A DNA stretch of 62,447 bases, the filler included, from Stramenopiles sp. TOSAG23-2 (lineage: Eukaryota), in assembly GCA_900128395.1 (NCBI GenBank). It is 5 parts of 5 records of this genome, joined end to end, with 100 filler letters (N's around TTAATTAATTAA, not from the genome) between each part and the next. Parts side by side here need not be neighbours in the genome. Positions count along the whole stretch, not along the records: positions 60,844 to 62,447 come from LT652617.1; 4 more parts are not named here. The stretch is one strand, 5' to 3'. Within the stretch, counting starts at the first letter, position 1. Every line of letters begins with the position of its first letter. Below, piece by piece: positions 62,066 through 62,447 of the stretch. The notes under the pieces were generated by a model. That model had not been told where the DNA came from and did no database searches. It saw nothing but the letters and a program-made list of their open reading frames with translations. The position numbers and the translations under genes are program-made.

Positions 62066-62447
62066 AAATTTCGTTTCTTAAAGAGAGTCAAAAGAGTGTG
62101 GGACGCAAAGACATCCAATAAAGGAGCGTATCATAGTAAATTTATTTAAAAAAAGAGTAGGATATAGTAGTAAAAAGAAATGTGTGCATATATGTATATA
62201 TATATATACGAATCACGTATGCTTTACACGTCGTATGATATGATATGATATGAGATTATTAACATATGCATACGAAATATTCGTATATTCGTACCGAAAA
62301 TACAGGTTAATTTCGTACACATCTGTGATCTAGGTGTGAGAAATAAAAATATATTTCGCGTTATATATTATATATTATATACCGTATATATAATTTATAA
62401 ATAAGAGAATTTTTTATAAAAATATTTATAAAATAATATTATATAAT

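Overview
This is AT-rich, gene-dense eukaryotic (protist) DNA, probably from a flagellated heterotroph such as a stramenopile (inferred from gene content). Introns are few and short (GT-AG, 66-156 nt). Five contig pieces are joined by four artificial 100-bp linkers (44N-TTAATTAATTAA-44N). About 28 genes or gene fragments are present. Metabolic enzymes: transketolase, DFR-like reductase, acyl-protein thioesterase, FAH-family hydrolase, acyl-CoA dehydrogenase, HpcH aldolase, histidine phosphatase, ALDH and SDR. Nucleic-acid and regulatory proteins: DNMT2, APE2, a Zn-knuckle protein, KICS2, JMJD8-like JmjC, IQANK1-like and F-box-like/ankyrin. Secreted proteins: two head-to-head coiled-coil paralogues and a large EGF-like/Cys-rich protein. 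Unusual architectures: an orphan carrying histone-H3-tail motifs, ALG9 fused to a phage-type domain, and a MATH-ankyrin-PCIF1-like protein with a broken NPPF motif. Mobile DNA: two MITE-like elements and a 1.67-kb inverted-repeat-bounded element with a Crypton-like C-terminal domain. Palindromic motifs recur in intergenic DNA. No rRNA, tRNA or CRISPR array was recognised. All family calls come from motif recognition, not database searches.
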